Shown one piece after another: positions 9,668-18,686 of a stretch of DNA of 44,564 nucleotides (position 1 is its first letter; the number at the start of each line of letters is the position of its first letter). A program made the position numbers and the translations under genes. Origin of the DNA: an uncultured Bacilli bacterium (GTDB taxonomy: Bacteria; Bacillota_I; Bacilli_A; RF39; UBA660); the NCBI GenBank assembly GCA_944331915.1, contig CALVIR010000006.1, forward strand, positions 1-44,564, written 5' to 3'. Below the pieces are notes generated by a model, which saw nothing but the letters and a program-made list of their open reading frames with translations, made no database searches and was not told where the DNA came from.

Positions 9668-10117
9668 ATGAAAATTAATGATTATATTTTAGTGCATGGT
9701 AAAATAATTAACATTAAAAATAATGTTGATGATAAATATATTTGGTTTGACATAGTAAAAGATGAGTACTTTAAAGATAAGGATGGAAATTTAAAAAATT
9801 ATCCATCCTTTTTTAGTGCAAGAATATCAAAAACAATTGCAAATAAATATATCCTTGATATGAATATTGAAATTGTTGTAAAAGGTATTCCTAAAGGTTA
9901 TTTAGATAAAAATGGATATAGACAAAACTATATACATGCTACAGAAATTAATGGTGTAGAAACTAGCGAAGATATACTAAATCAAGTTATTAGTTATGAT
10001 ACCGATGGAATAATGTTATGGAATGGAAAAAGATGTGAGTCTATTCCTACTACTAAAGAAGAACAAGTAGAACTTCAGAAAATGATAAACGAAATATGTG
10101 GAAAGGATGATGAATAA
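9668..10117 (+). CDS. OB-fold/SSB-like protein
   Basis: VHGKI...FDI...YFKDKDG...FF...IVVKG pattern resembles SSB. GGAGGTG RBS. Confidence 0.5.
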   Translation: MKINDYILVHGKIINIKNNVDDKYIWFDIVKDEYFKDKDGNLKNYPSFFSARISKTIANKYILDMNIEIVVKGIPKGYLDKNGYRQNYIHATEINGVETSEDILNQVISYDTDGIMLWNGKRCESIPTTKEEQVELQKMINEICGKDDE

Positions 10118-10353
10118 TGAACGCTAAAGAAACATTAGAATTAATTTCTAAACAATGGTGTAATTTGGATGATTTAATGAAATTATCTAATCTTGGAATT
10201 AATAATGCTTTCAAGTTAAAGAAAGAAATAAAAACACTTTGTGAAGAAAAAGGCTACCTCCTTCCAAAAGGTTTATTACCTATGTGTGAAGTGGTAGCTT
10301 ATTTAAAAATAAATATTGATTACTTAAAAGAGATGAGTAATAACAAATCGTAA
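10117..10353 (+). CDS. Small protein, putative excisionase/DNA-binding
   Basis: 78 aa, coupled by TAATG to the previous gene and immediately upstream of the integrase. Function inferred from position. Confidence 0.45.
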   Translation: MNAKETLELISKQWCNLDDLMKLSNLGINNAFKLKKEIKTLCEEKGYLLPKGLLPMCEVVAYLKINIDYLKEMSNNKS

Positions 10354-10431
10354 ACTAGCAAGACATTTTATTTTGTTATACAATTGGCTCGCATGATTGA
10401 TTTATTTGTGTGGCCAGTAAAGGAGGATTAT

Positions 10432-11544
10432 ATGGCTGTTAAACAAGTAAGTAAAGAAGAAGCAACTAAAGATGGTCGCAGGTGGATATTTTATAATTAT
10501 TTATATTTAAGTGATGGAACTAGAAAAAAATATAAATCTAAAAAGTTTGCGACTAGAAATGAAGCTATTAAAGCCGAACAAAATTTTATGTCTAAAGTTG
10601 AGAAAAAAGAAATTAATGTTACAGACATGACTTTTAAAGATTTATATGAAGAATTTTACGCTTATAAATCAGATAAAGTCAAATCTACAACCATGAGAAC
10701 ATATCGTGAAAGAATTACTTCTTTAAAGATGCTAGAAAAAGTAAAAGTAAGAGATTTTAATATTACTCATTATTTAAAATGGCGTACTATGATTTCCAAT
10801 AAACCAGTTGCTGTTAAAACTAAAAATCATTATCATAAGTTTTTAAAAGAAATTCTAAATTATGGAACAAAGTGGCATGACTTTAATTTTACTTCTGTGT
10901 ATAACAGGATGGAAAAGTTTACTGATCCTAATGCTGTACCAAAAGAAATGGATTATTATACTTATGAAGAATTTAAAAAGTTTATTGCATGTGAAGATGA
11001 TTTAAAGTTTATTTGTGTATTTGAAATATTATATTATTGTGGTCTTCGTAGAGGAGAACTTAGAGGTCTTACTTGGGATAACATTGATTTTGAAGACAAG
11101 ACTTTATCTATCGTTAAAAATGTTGTGAATGAAAATGGTGATGGTGGTTATTGGAAGATTACTACTCCTAAAACTCGTACTTCTACTAGAACAATACCAA
11201 TGCCAGATATTTTAGTTAATCACTTAAAAGAATATAAAAAGCAAGTTTCTAAATATTATAACTTTAATCAGAAATGGTTTGTCGTTGGTGATGTTTCTCC
11301 CCTACACCCCGATGTTCTTAGAAAAAGAAAAAATAAAAATGCAATGAGTGCTGGTTTAAAACAAATTAGAATTCATGATTTTAGACATTCTTGTGCATCT
11401 TTACTCATTAATAATGGTGCTAATATTATGATTGTTGCTAAGTATTTAGGACATGCTAAAATTGATGAAACATTAAATACTTATGCTCATTTATTTAAAA
11501 ATAAAATGGATGATATTGTTAATATGATAAATCATTTAAAATAG
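10432..11544 (+). CDS. int: Tyrosine recombinase/integrase
   Basis: GLRRGE (R), TPKT (K), HDFRH, LGH, TY catalytic residues and an N-terminal arm-binding region. AGGAGG RBS before ATG 10432. Confidence 0.95.
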   Translation: MAVKQVSKEEATKDGRRWIFYNYLYLSDGTRKKYKSKKFATRNEAIKAEQNFMSKVEKKEINVTDMTFKDLYEEFYAYKSDKVKSTTMRTYRERITSLKMLEKVKVRDFNITHYLKWRTMISNKPVAVKTKNHYHKFLKEILNYGTKWHDFNFTSVYNRMEKFTDPNAVPKEMDYYTYEEFKKFIACEDDLKFICVFEILYYCGLRRGELRGLTWDNIDFEDKTLSIVKNVVNENGDGGYWKITTPKTRTSTRTIPMPDILVNHLKEYKKQVSKYYNFNQKWFVVGDVSPLHPDVLRKRKNKNAMSAGLKQIRIHDFRHSCASLLINNGANIMIVAKYLGHAKIDETLNTYAHLFKNKMDDIVNMINHLK

Positions 11545-11580
11545 TGATTTATAAACAAAAAAAAGACTTTTTCAAGTCTC

Positions 11581-11602
11581 TGGGTACCTAATTGGGTACC
11601 TA
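11581..11602 (+). repeat. Putative integrase arm-type sites (2 copies)
   Basis: TGGGTACCTA at 11581 and 11593, with the same 12-bp period as 1230/1242. Confidence 0.75.
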
Positions 11603-11637
11603 AAATATATTTTAAAGGCTACAAACCCTTTGATATC

Positions 11638-11673
11638 AACAAAAAGTGGAGCCTTGCGGCTCCTTCAGGGGGT
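11638..11673. repeat. Right att site with element-supplied terminator
   Basis: AACAAAAAGTGGAGCCTTGCGGCTCCTTCAGGGGGT. Core at 11663-11673. Confidence 0.85.
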
Positions 11674-11742
11674 TCGGTTGAATATAAATCCACACTTAGA
11701 TCGTGGACTATATCACCATGATAAGTAAAATACTTACCATGT
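11640..11742 (-). ncRNA. Unassigned ~100-nt structured small RNA (integration target)
   Basis: Near-consensus promoter upstream, two hairpins (11717-11741, 11680-11714), single-stranded C-rich tract, GCAA-loop terminator with U-tract. No obvious protein-coding role. Confidence 0.65.
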
Positions 11743-11748
11743 ACTTAA

Positions 11749-11777
11749 ATCATATCGAATTTTTTTCTTATTGTCAA
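11749..11777 (-). promoter_or_regulatory. Sigma-A promoter of the small RNA
   Basis: TTGACA (11777-11772), 17-bp spacer, TATGAT (11754-11749). Confidence 0.8.
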
Positions 11778-11809
11778 TTTGATTTTTAAAATTTACAAAT
11801 ATTTTACAA

Positions 11810-13804
11810 CTAACTATGTATAATTGTATTAATAAGTTTAAGTTTTAAAGCATCATTTTCCCCATTTTTTAAGTACTCATATGAATCTTCTCTAGCTTGT
11901 AATAATATTTTATAATCTGCTTTTAAATCTGCAATCTTAAAAGTCATATCACCACTTTGTTTTGTTCCAAACAAATCTCCATGGCCTCTTAATTTAAAGT
12001 CTTCTTCACTAATAACAAAACCATCATCACTTTGTTCCATTATCTTTAACCGTTTTGTATCATTATCACTAATTAAAATACAAGTTGATTGTAAACTACT
12101 TCTTCCTACTCTTCCCCTTAATTGATGTAGCGTAGATAAACCAAAGCGTTCGGCATCAAAGATAACCATCATTGTCGCATTAGGAACATCAACTCCTACC
12201 TCAACTACAGTAGTACTAATTAGAATTTGAATTTTATTTTGTAAAAACTCACCCATAATTAAATCTTTAGCAGCACTAGCCATCTTACCATGAACTAAAT
12301 CTATTTTATATTTACTACCAAAAGCTAAATTCATTTTCTCTTTTAAATCATTAACACTAGTTAAATCACTATTATCACTATCTTCAATTAAAGGAGCAAT
12401 AACATAAATCTGATGATTATCTTGTAATTCTTTATACATAAGCTCTAAAACATCTTTTATTTCTTTGGTACCTTTAACAATGGTTTTAATCTTTTTTCTT
12501 CCCTTAGGTCGTGTCTTAATAGTTGATATATCCATATCTCCATATATTGTTAAAGCATAAGTTCTAGGAATTGGTGTTGCACTCATATAAAGAATATCAG
12601 GCTTATGACCTTTATTTTGCAAGTTAGCTCTTTGATTGACCCCGAAACGATGTTGTTCATCAGTAATAACTAAACCAAGATTATGGTATTTTACATCTTC
12701 TTGAATTAACGCATGCGTACCAACAATCATATTAATAGAACCATCCTCTAGTTCTTTATAGATTAAATCTTTTTCTTTTTTCGAGGTAGATCCTGTTAAT
12801 AAAGCAATATCAATATTATAATCAGCAAAGAAACTTTTTAAATTATTATAATGTTGGGTTGCTAAAATCTCTGTTGGAGCCATTAAAGCACTTTGATAAC
12901 CACTTAAATAATTAGCATACATCGCAATAAAAGAAACAATAGTCTTACCACTACCAACATCACCTTGTAAAAGTCTATTCATTCTATTTTCACTTTCTAA
13001 GTCTTTAATAATATTATCAGTAGCAGTTAATTGATCTTTTGTTAATTCAAAAGGTAGTTTACTAATAAATTCTGTTATCTTTTCATGATCAATTTCTCTT
13101 TTAATTCCCCCATTAGCTTTTTTGTTTTCTTCTTTTAAATAGTTAATCTTAAACATAAACTCAAATAATTCTTCATACTTTAATCTAATCATCGCTTCTT
13201 TAAGTTTCTCTTTACTAGGGGGATTATGAACAATATTTAAAGCTAATCTTTTATTAGAGAAATTGTATTTATCTTGATAATATTTAGGAATACTATCGCT
13301 AATTTCTTTCGCTTGACTAAGTAAAGCCATATTTATATATAAAGCCATATTTTTATTAGTAATACCATTAGTCAAATGATAAACAGGCTCTATCTTTACT
13401 TTATTAGATAAAGGTTCTAACTTTAATTCTGAAGCTGTGATAACGTTTTTCTTTTTATCATATTTACCAATAACCGTAATTCCCGTTCCCACAATTAAAT
13501 GACTTTTCAAAAAGGCTCGATTAAAAATAGACACACCAACTACCCCACTATTAGTTACTAAACGAAAGTTCATCTTATTAAGTCCCGCTTTAAATCTTAC
13601 TAGAATTGGACTACTTTCTATTTTCCCATCTATAATAATATGATCCCCATCATTAGTTTCTTGCAAATTACCTCTTACTAAAAATTCATATCTAAAAGGA
13701 TAATGTGTCACTAAGTCATCAACAGTATTAATACCCATCTTAGATAACAAAGTTAAAGTTCTTGGACCTACTCCTTTAATATCTTTTAATGCCACTAGTA
13801 CCAC
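11810..13804 (-). CDS. recG: ATP-dependent DNA helicase RecG
   Basis: MNRLLQGDVGSGKT, DEQHRFG, MSATPIPRT, QLRGRVGR, EEDFKLRG.GD.FG.KQSG. Confidence 0.97.
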   Translation of the reverse strand: MVLVALKDIKGVGPRTLTLLSKMGINTVDDLVTHYPFRYEFLVRGNLQETNDGDHIIIDGKIESSPILVRFKAGLNKMNFRLVTNSGVVGVSIFNRAFLKSHLIVGTGITVIGKYDKKKNVITASELKLEPLSNKVKIEPVYHLTNGITNKNMALYINMALLSQAKEISDSIPKYYQDKYNFSNKRLALNIVHNPPSKEKLKEAMIRLKYEELFEFMFKINYLKEENKKANGGIKREIDHEKITEFISKLPFELTKDQLTATDNIIKDLESENRMNRLLQGDVGSGKTIVSFIAMYANYLSGYQSALMAPTEILATQHYNNLKSFFADYNIDIALLTGSTSKKEKDLIYKELEDGSINMIVGTHALIQEDVKYHNLGLVITDEQHRFGVNQRANLQNKGHKPDILYMSATPIPRTYALTIYGDMDISTIKTRPKGRKKIKTIVKGTKEIKDVLELMYKELQDNHQIYVIAPLIEDSDNSDLTSVNDLKEKMNLAFGSKYKIDLVHGKMASAAKDLIMGEFLQNKIQILISTTVVEVGVDVPNATMMVIFDAERFGLSTLHQLRGRVGRSSLQSTCILISDNDTKRLKIMEQSDDGFVISEEDFKLRGHGDLFGTKQSGDMTFKIADLKADYKILLQAREDSYEYLKNGENDALKLKLINTIIHS

Positions 13805-13879
13805 CTCGTTTACTGTCTCATATTATAGCACATTCTAAAGGAATTTTAAAGCTTAAAAAAACATAAAATTAACTGGAGT

Positions 13880-14617
13880 GTGAATAATATGAAAGTTATT
13901 GCTGATGGTGGTGCAGCTACTAAAAATGTCGCTAGTAATACAATGGATGCTATTATGTTAGGTCTTAAAGCTCCATATATTGATGGCTTTAAATTTAAAT
14001 TATATTTAACAAAAGATAATGAAATAATTACTTTAAGTGATAGAATTGTCAACTTTTTTACGAAAGATCTTAATAATATTGATGACTTTACATTAAAAGA
14101 ATTTTTATATTTTAATGTTGGGAGTAAAGTTCAAAAACAACAGATTCTAACATTAAAAGAAATATTAACGATATTTCAAAATAAAAACAAGTATTTAATA
14201 TTAGAATTATCTAATCAAAATGATAAGAATGCCCTTTTTACAGATTTAGTTTTAAATATGGTAAGAGCCTATTCTAATAGTATTAATATTTATTTAGAAA
14301 GTGAAAGTGAAGAAATAGTCGCTTATTTAAAAGCAACTGATAACTCCTATCCTATTGGGATTAGAGTAACAGAAGAAAGTAGAAATAATTGGTATATTGA
14401 TGTTGATTTTTATGATATAAATACTACTTTATTAGATGATTTTAATATTAGAGATAAAGTTAGAGAAAATAAACTTATTATGATTGATCAAGTTAATAGA
14501 ATGGAGGTTTTTAATCTAATTTATAACGAATATAGTGATATTTTTAATTATATTTATATTATAACTAGTGAAATTTCTAATATTAATAGTAGTGAACAAA
14601 TAAAGAATAGAAATTAA
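13880..14617 (+). CDS. Glycerophosphodiester phosphodiesterase-like protein, degenerate active site
   Basis: VIADGGA...NTMDAI...DG...LTKDNEII...TLKE follows the GDPD scaffold, but HRG, ExD and HD are absent. Confidence 0.6.
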   Translation: MNNMKVIADGGAATKNVASNTMDAIMLGLKAPYIDGFKFKLYLTKDNEIITLSDRIVNFFTKDLNNIDDFTLKEFLYFNVGSKVQKQQILTLKEILTIFQNKNKYLILELSNQNDKNALFTDLVLNMVRAYSNSINIYLESESEEIVAYLKATDNSYPIGIRVTEESRNNWYIDVDFYDINTTLLDDFNIRDKVRENKLIMIDQVNRMEVFNLIYNEYSDIFNYIYIITSEISNINSSEQIKNRN

Positions 14618-14661
14618 TTAAGCAAAATAAAATACTAAGATATTGGTTATCATAGTATTTT

Positions 14662-15198
14662 TTATATTTTACCTTCTTTAATATATTCCTCTATCTTTAA
14701 TGTTATAGCATTATCAAATGTTTTATCATTAATTTCTCCATCCCAATTATTGGCATATTTTTGAAATATATCCTTATCTACATCTATGGGAATTTTATTT
14801 ATAATGTTATCTTTATATAGTTCATAAAAGATTGAACTTTTATAGACAGCCATTGTTTTAACAATTTCTCCTGTCATTTCATCTTTAGTAAATATATTTA
14901 TCTTTTTATCTTTTAAATTAGAGAAATAAACAGTTCCGCTATCAAGCTTTCTTAAATAAAAGTCTTTAGCTTTATAATCGACGCCATCTATCTTAAAAAT
15001 AGGATTATCACTTAACTTAGCAAAATTAAGATCAAAACTTTTACCTCTTAATTCATTAGTAGCTTTATTATATAACTTAGTTCTTGTCTTTTCATCTTCA
15101 AAAATTAAAGCACCATTAAGATCAAAAATATGAGTTCCTTTAGAAATGACATTCTTTGTTATTATCTTATTATCACCAGTATCTTTTAGATTATTCAT
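14662..15198 (-). CDS. Hypothetical protein
   Basis: 178-aa ORF with RBS, 12 bp downstream of the HEXXH protein gene. Confidence 0.7.
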   Translation of the reverse strand: MNNLKDTGDNKIITKNVISKGTHIFDLNGALIFEDEKTRTKLYNKATNELRGKSFDLNFAKLSDNPIFKIDGVDYKAKDFYLRKLDSGTVYFSNLKDKKINIFTKDEMTGEIVKTMAVYKSSIFYELYKDNIINKIPIDVDKDIFQKYANNWDGEINDKTFDNAITLKIEEYIKEGKI

Positions 15199-15210
15199 TA
15201 CCTATCACCT

Positions 15211-16524
15211 CTATTCAACCGCAATTTTACCAGTTTCTATCGCTTCTATAAAATCATATAAATCAGTATAATGAATACCACTATTTTTATCATAATAATT
15301 TATTTTGATTCCTTGAAGGGCCGCTGGCTCTTGATAATAAATACGACTTAATTCAGTAAATATTTCATAGTCAAGATCTTTAATTGCTCCCCAATCTTCT
15401 TCATTAACAATGCGATCACTATAAGTTATTTTAGAAGTTTCACTACCATTAAGAGATACTCTTCCTTCTTCTCCATTACCTAATTCTTTTAAGTAATTAA
15501 CAATTTGCGGATAAACTTTTTGCCATGCTCCTTGGAGAGCAAATCTTTCTCCATCATCATTTGTTAAAGAAATGTCAAAAGCATGTCCTAATTCGTGGAT
15601 AAGCGCTCCAACTATGTACGAATCAGGAGTAATTATTTTTCCATTAAGAGGATCATAATTATTTAAAATAGAATAGGTATTAATAGCTGTACCACGAACA
15701 CCAGTATCTAAATGGACAGAAAGTCCTGCCCAATAATAATTACCATCAGTTTTAGAGTCTACTAAGCAAATAACAGCATTACCATCTTTATCTTTATTAA
15801 CTACAGAAAGGGCATTTTGTTTAAAAAACTCTGTCATATCTTGATTAATAATATCTTGGACTGTATTGACATAACTGATAGTTCCATCTACGTATCTCAT
15901 TAGCTCATCATCACTATAACTAGAATAATTTATCACCCCATTTACCTCTTCAACTTTACTAAGACTAACTACATAAGAAAAGCCATTATCTCCTACATAT
16001 TTAGCATATAAACCATTATAATCATATTCACCAGTAAACCAACCATCAGCAGCACTAACCGTACCATATTCTAGAGAAAATCCTTCTGCTTTAAGCTTAT
16101 CATAGATTGTTTGAACCAATTCTATATTCATATTGCTTTTCTCTGCTATTAAAGCAATTTTTACTGTATCTTTAAGTTCTTCAACAGCCATTCCAAAAAT
16201 ATTATCACCTGAATTACATTTTTCTAATATTTCAAGAAGCGCTTCTAACTTTTCAACATCAGTAGTGATATTTTCATACTCATTGGTATCAGTCTTTTCT
16301 GTCAAACCAAATTTCTCTAAAATAACTAGAAAAGGTAAAAATAATATTTTATTTAAAAAATCTCTAGCATTATCTCCAACTTCTTCCGTTAAATCTAAAT
16401 TAATAGTATCAACACTATTATCACTAGAAATCTTAGTAATATTAAAATCCTGCTTATTATTAGTAAAACTTTTCAAAGTATCAAAGTCTTTAATATTAAC
16501 GTTAATATTTTTTATCTTCTCCAT
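15211..16524 (-). CDS. Putative zinc metallopeptidase (HEXXH)
   Basis: ALIHELGHAFD and a downstream EIFTE third-ligand-like motif. Confidence 0.55.
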   Translation of the reverse strand: MEKIKNINVNIKDFDTLKSFTNNKQDFNITKISSDNSVDTINLDLTEEVGDNARDFLNKILFLPFLVILEKFGLTEKTDTNEYENITTDVEKLEALLEILEKCNSGDNIFGMAVEELKDTVKIALIAEKSNMNIELVQTIYDKLKAEGFSLEYGTVSAADGWFTGEYDYNGLYAKYVGDNGFSYVVSLSKVEEVNGVINYSSYSDDELMRYVDGTISYVNTVQDIINQDMTEFFKQNALSVVNKDKDGNAVICLVDSKTDGNYYWAGLSVHLDTGVRGTAINTYSILNNYDPLNGKIITPDSYIVGALIHELGHAFDISLTNDDGERFALQGAWQKVYPQIVNYLKELGNGEEGRVSLNGSETSKITYSDRIVNEEDWGAIKDLDYEIFTELSRIYYQEPAALQGIKINYYDKNSGIHYTDLYDFIEAIETGKIAVE

Positions 16525-16601
16525 AAGTTGTCACCTTTACCTTTATATATATTGTAGCATTTTACGGAGAAAAAAAACAGATAATATTCAAAATCTGTCT
16601 T

Positions 16602-17048
16602 TTATCTATTTTCTAAACTAATAGTATCACGCAATTCCATCATGGCACTAGTTATTTCTCGTTCAATCTCTGTTAGAGCTCTTTTATCTATATTACTTAA
16701 TATAGTAAATTCCTTAACTGTATCTATTTCTATTTTTCCCCAAATAATACCACTTTTAACTTTTAAGTCATTAAACATATCTGGAGTAATACTATCAAAG
16801 AAATAACCAATAACTACTCTATCTCTTCCTATAATTAATCTTTTATTAGTAACTGCAACAACAGCAGTTCCTAAAATATTAAAAGAACTAGCATTTTTTT
16901 GCGCATAAAATGCATATTTTATTTCTTCATCATCATGAAGATGTTCTAAAATAATTCGCGAATTCTTATCAAGTCTCCATCCCACAGTCATTCCATATTT
17001 TCTTTTAAAACTTGTTAACTGCTCTTTTAATATTTGTTCATTATTCAT
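16602..17048 (-). CDS. Bacterial PH-domain protein
   Basis: HLHDDEEIKYA...VAVTNKRLII...GIIWGKIEI pattern. Confidence 0.75.
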   Translation of the reverse strand: MNNEQILKEQLTSFKRKYGMTVGWRLDKNSRIILEHLHDDEEIKYAFYAQKNASSFNILGTAVVAVTNKRLIIGRDRVVIGYFFDSITPDMFNDLKVKSGIIWGKIEIDTVKEFTILSNIDKRALTEIEREITSAMMELRDTISLENR

Positions 17049-17058
17049 AAACTATCTC

Positions 17059-17619
17059 CTATTCATCAATAAAACCATATTCTTTAAAGAAATTAACTAT
17101 AGTATCTTTTTCTTGTAGTCCTTCTAATTTATCGACAATTTCATCATCTTGAACTACCATTAAGATTGGTGTCCCAAAACCATCACTAAAGTAATCATCT
17201 GATTGAACTAAATCAGCTAAACCATCACTATCTAATTCATCAGTATTTAAATAATTAATTTTAACTCCATATTCATAAACAATATTTTTTACAAGGGGTT
17301 CTTCTTGTTGACAATAATAACATGTAGGTCTTGCTATATAAATTATAGAAGCATCTTTATCACTTTTTAAATCTAAATATTCATCAATATCAATCTCATT
17401 TAAATCAGCTTGTTCACTTTCTGGAATATCACTACTTGTACTACTACCACTACTAGAATCATTATTGCTAGAATTATTTTCATCAGTAACAGTAGAACTA
17501 CTACCATTATTATCACATGTTTGTAATTCTGATGTAAAGTAGCTAGCACCAAAAACAATAATTAGAACTAAAGCAACAATTACACCACTCTTTATTTTTT
17601 CAATCGTTTCTTTTTTCAT
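17059..17619 (-). CDS. Membrane-anchored thioredoxin-fold protein
   Basis: N-terminal TM, Ser-rich linker, RPTCYYC and GTP cis-Pro motif. Confidence 0.85.
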   Translation of the reverse strand: MKKETIEKIKSGVIVALVLIIVFGASYFTSELQTCDNNGSSSTVTDENNSSNNDSSSGSSTSSDIPESEQADLNEIDIDEYLDLKSDKDASIIYIARPTCYYCQQEEPLVKNIVYEYGVKINYLNTDELDSDGLADLVQSDDYFSDGFGTPILMVVQDDEIVDKLEGLQEKDTIVNFFKEYGFIDE

Positions 17620-17771
17620 TATAATACCTCCCGAATGTAATTATATCATTAATGTTATTAAAAATTAAGCTTTATTAGATAATTTCTTCTAATTTTCACT
17701 TTTTAATAAATTTCTTGTCGATAAAATTAAATATAAATACCGCTTCAATATCATAGAGTATAAGGAAAGGT

Positions 17772-18686
17772 ATGGTATTTATGAAAATAGGACTTCCCAA
17801 AGCATTACTTTATCATTATTATGCTCCCTTATGGAAAGCATTCTTTGATGAGTTAAAAGTACATTATATTGAAAGTGAAGACACAACCTCAAAAACAGTT
17901 CTTTTAGGAAAAGAAAAAAGTATTGATGAAGCTTGTCTTGCTCTAAAGATATATTTAGGACATGTTGAAGAGTTAAAAGATAAGTGCGACTATATTTTAG
18001 TACCAAGAATTTACTCTTTAAAAAAGACAGAGCAAGTATGTACAAATTTTAATTGTTTATATGACTTAGTTAGAAACACTTTTAAAGATATAAAAATATT
18101 AAATTACAATATTGATGTAAAACATCATAAAAGTGAAAAAAGTGCTTTCTTAAAAATAGGTAAAGATTTAGGTTTTAGTGTTATGGAAGCAGCAAGAGCC
18201 TATAATCTAGCGAAAGAAATAGAAGATGCTTACTATCTTAATGAGGTAAAAAAAGCTAAGAAGGTACTAGCAAGTGAAAAAACAAAAATACTTTTAGTAG
18301 GACATCCTTACATTTTAAAAGATAATTTAATTGGTAAAAGTATTATTAACTACTTAGAAAAAAACAATATCGCTCTTATTTACAGCTATCAAATAAAAGA
18401 AGACTTAATTGAATATAATGCCAATAAAATTTCTCCACGAATTCATTTTACGATGAATAAACGTGACTTAGCAGCCTTTAACTATTTTCATGATAAAGTT
18501 GATGGCACTATTATTTTAACCGCTTTCCCTTGTGGACCTGATTCTCTAAGTAATGAGATGATTTTACGCAAAAGAGGAAAACACCCTCTCCTCTTATTAA
18601 CCTTTGAAGATTTAACTAATAATACTGCTGTTATCACAAGATTAGAAAGCTTTTTAGATATGTTAAAAGGAGGAATTCATCTATGA
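17772..18686 (+). CDS. Acyl-CoA dehydratase activase-related protein (DUF2229-like)
   Basis: KIGLPKAL, EACLALK..LGH, GHPY, FPCGPDS. Confidence 0.8.
   Translation: MVFMKIGLPKALLYHYYAPLWKAFFDELKVHYIESEDTTSKTVLLGKEKSIDEACLALKIYLGHVEELKDKCDYILVPRIYSLKKTEQVCTNFNCLYDLVRNTFKDIKILNYNIDVKHHKSEKSAFLKIGKDLGFSVMEAARAYNLAKEIEDAYYLNEVKKAKKVLASEKTKILLVGHPYILKDNLIGKSIINYLEKNNIALIYSYQIKEDLIEYNANKISPRIHFTMNKRDLAAFNYFHDKVDGTIILTAFPCGPDSLSNEMILRKRGKHPLLLLTFEDLTNNTAVITRLESFLDMLKGGIHL

Larger units (their letters stand above)
1113..11673. mobile_element. ~10.5 kb integrative defence element (tyrosine integrase)
   Basis: Bounded by a direct repeat, integrase at the right end, shared TGGGTACCTA repeats just inside both ends, defence cargo. 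Confidence 0.88.

Noticed and set aside
11704-11741. GAUAUAGUCC after a hairpin resembles the group I intron S element
   Set aside because: No upstream P3/P4/P7 core or R element. The unit has its own promoter and terminator and is only ~100 nt.
17420-17515. ACT/AGT-rich short repeats
   Set aside because: Encode an ordinary Ser/Asn-rich linker.
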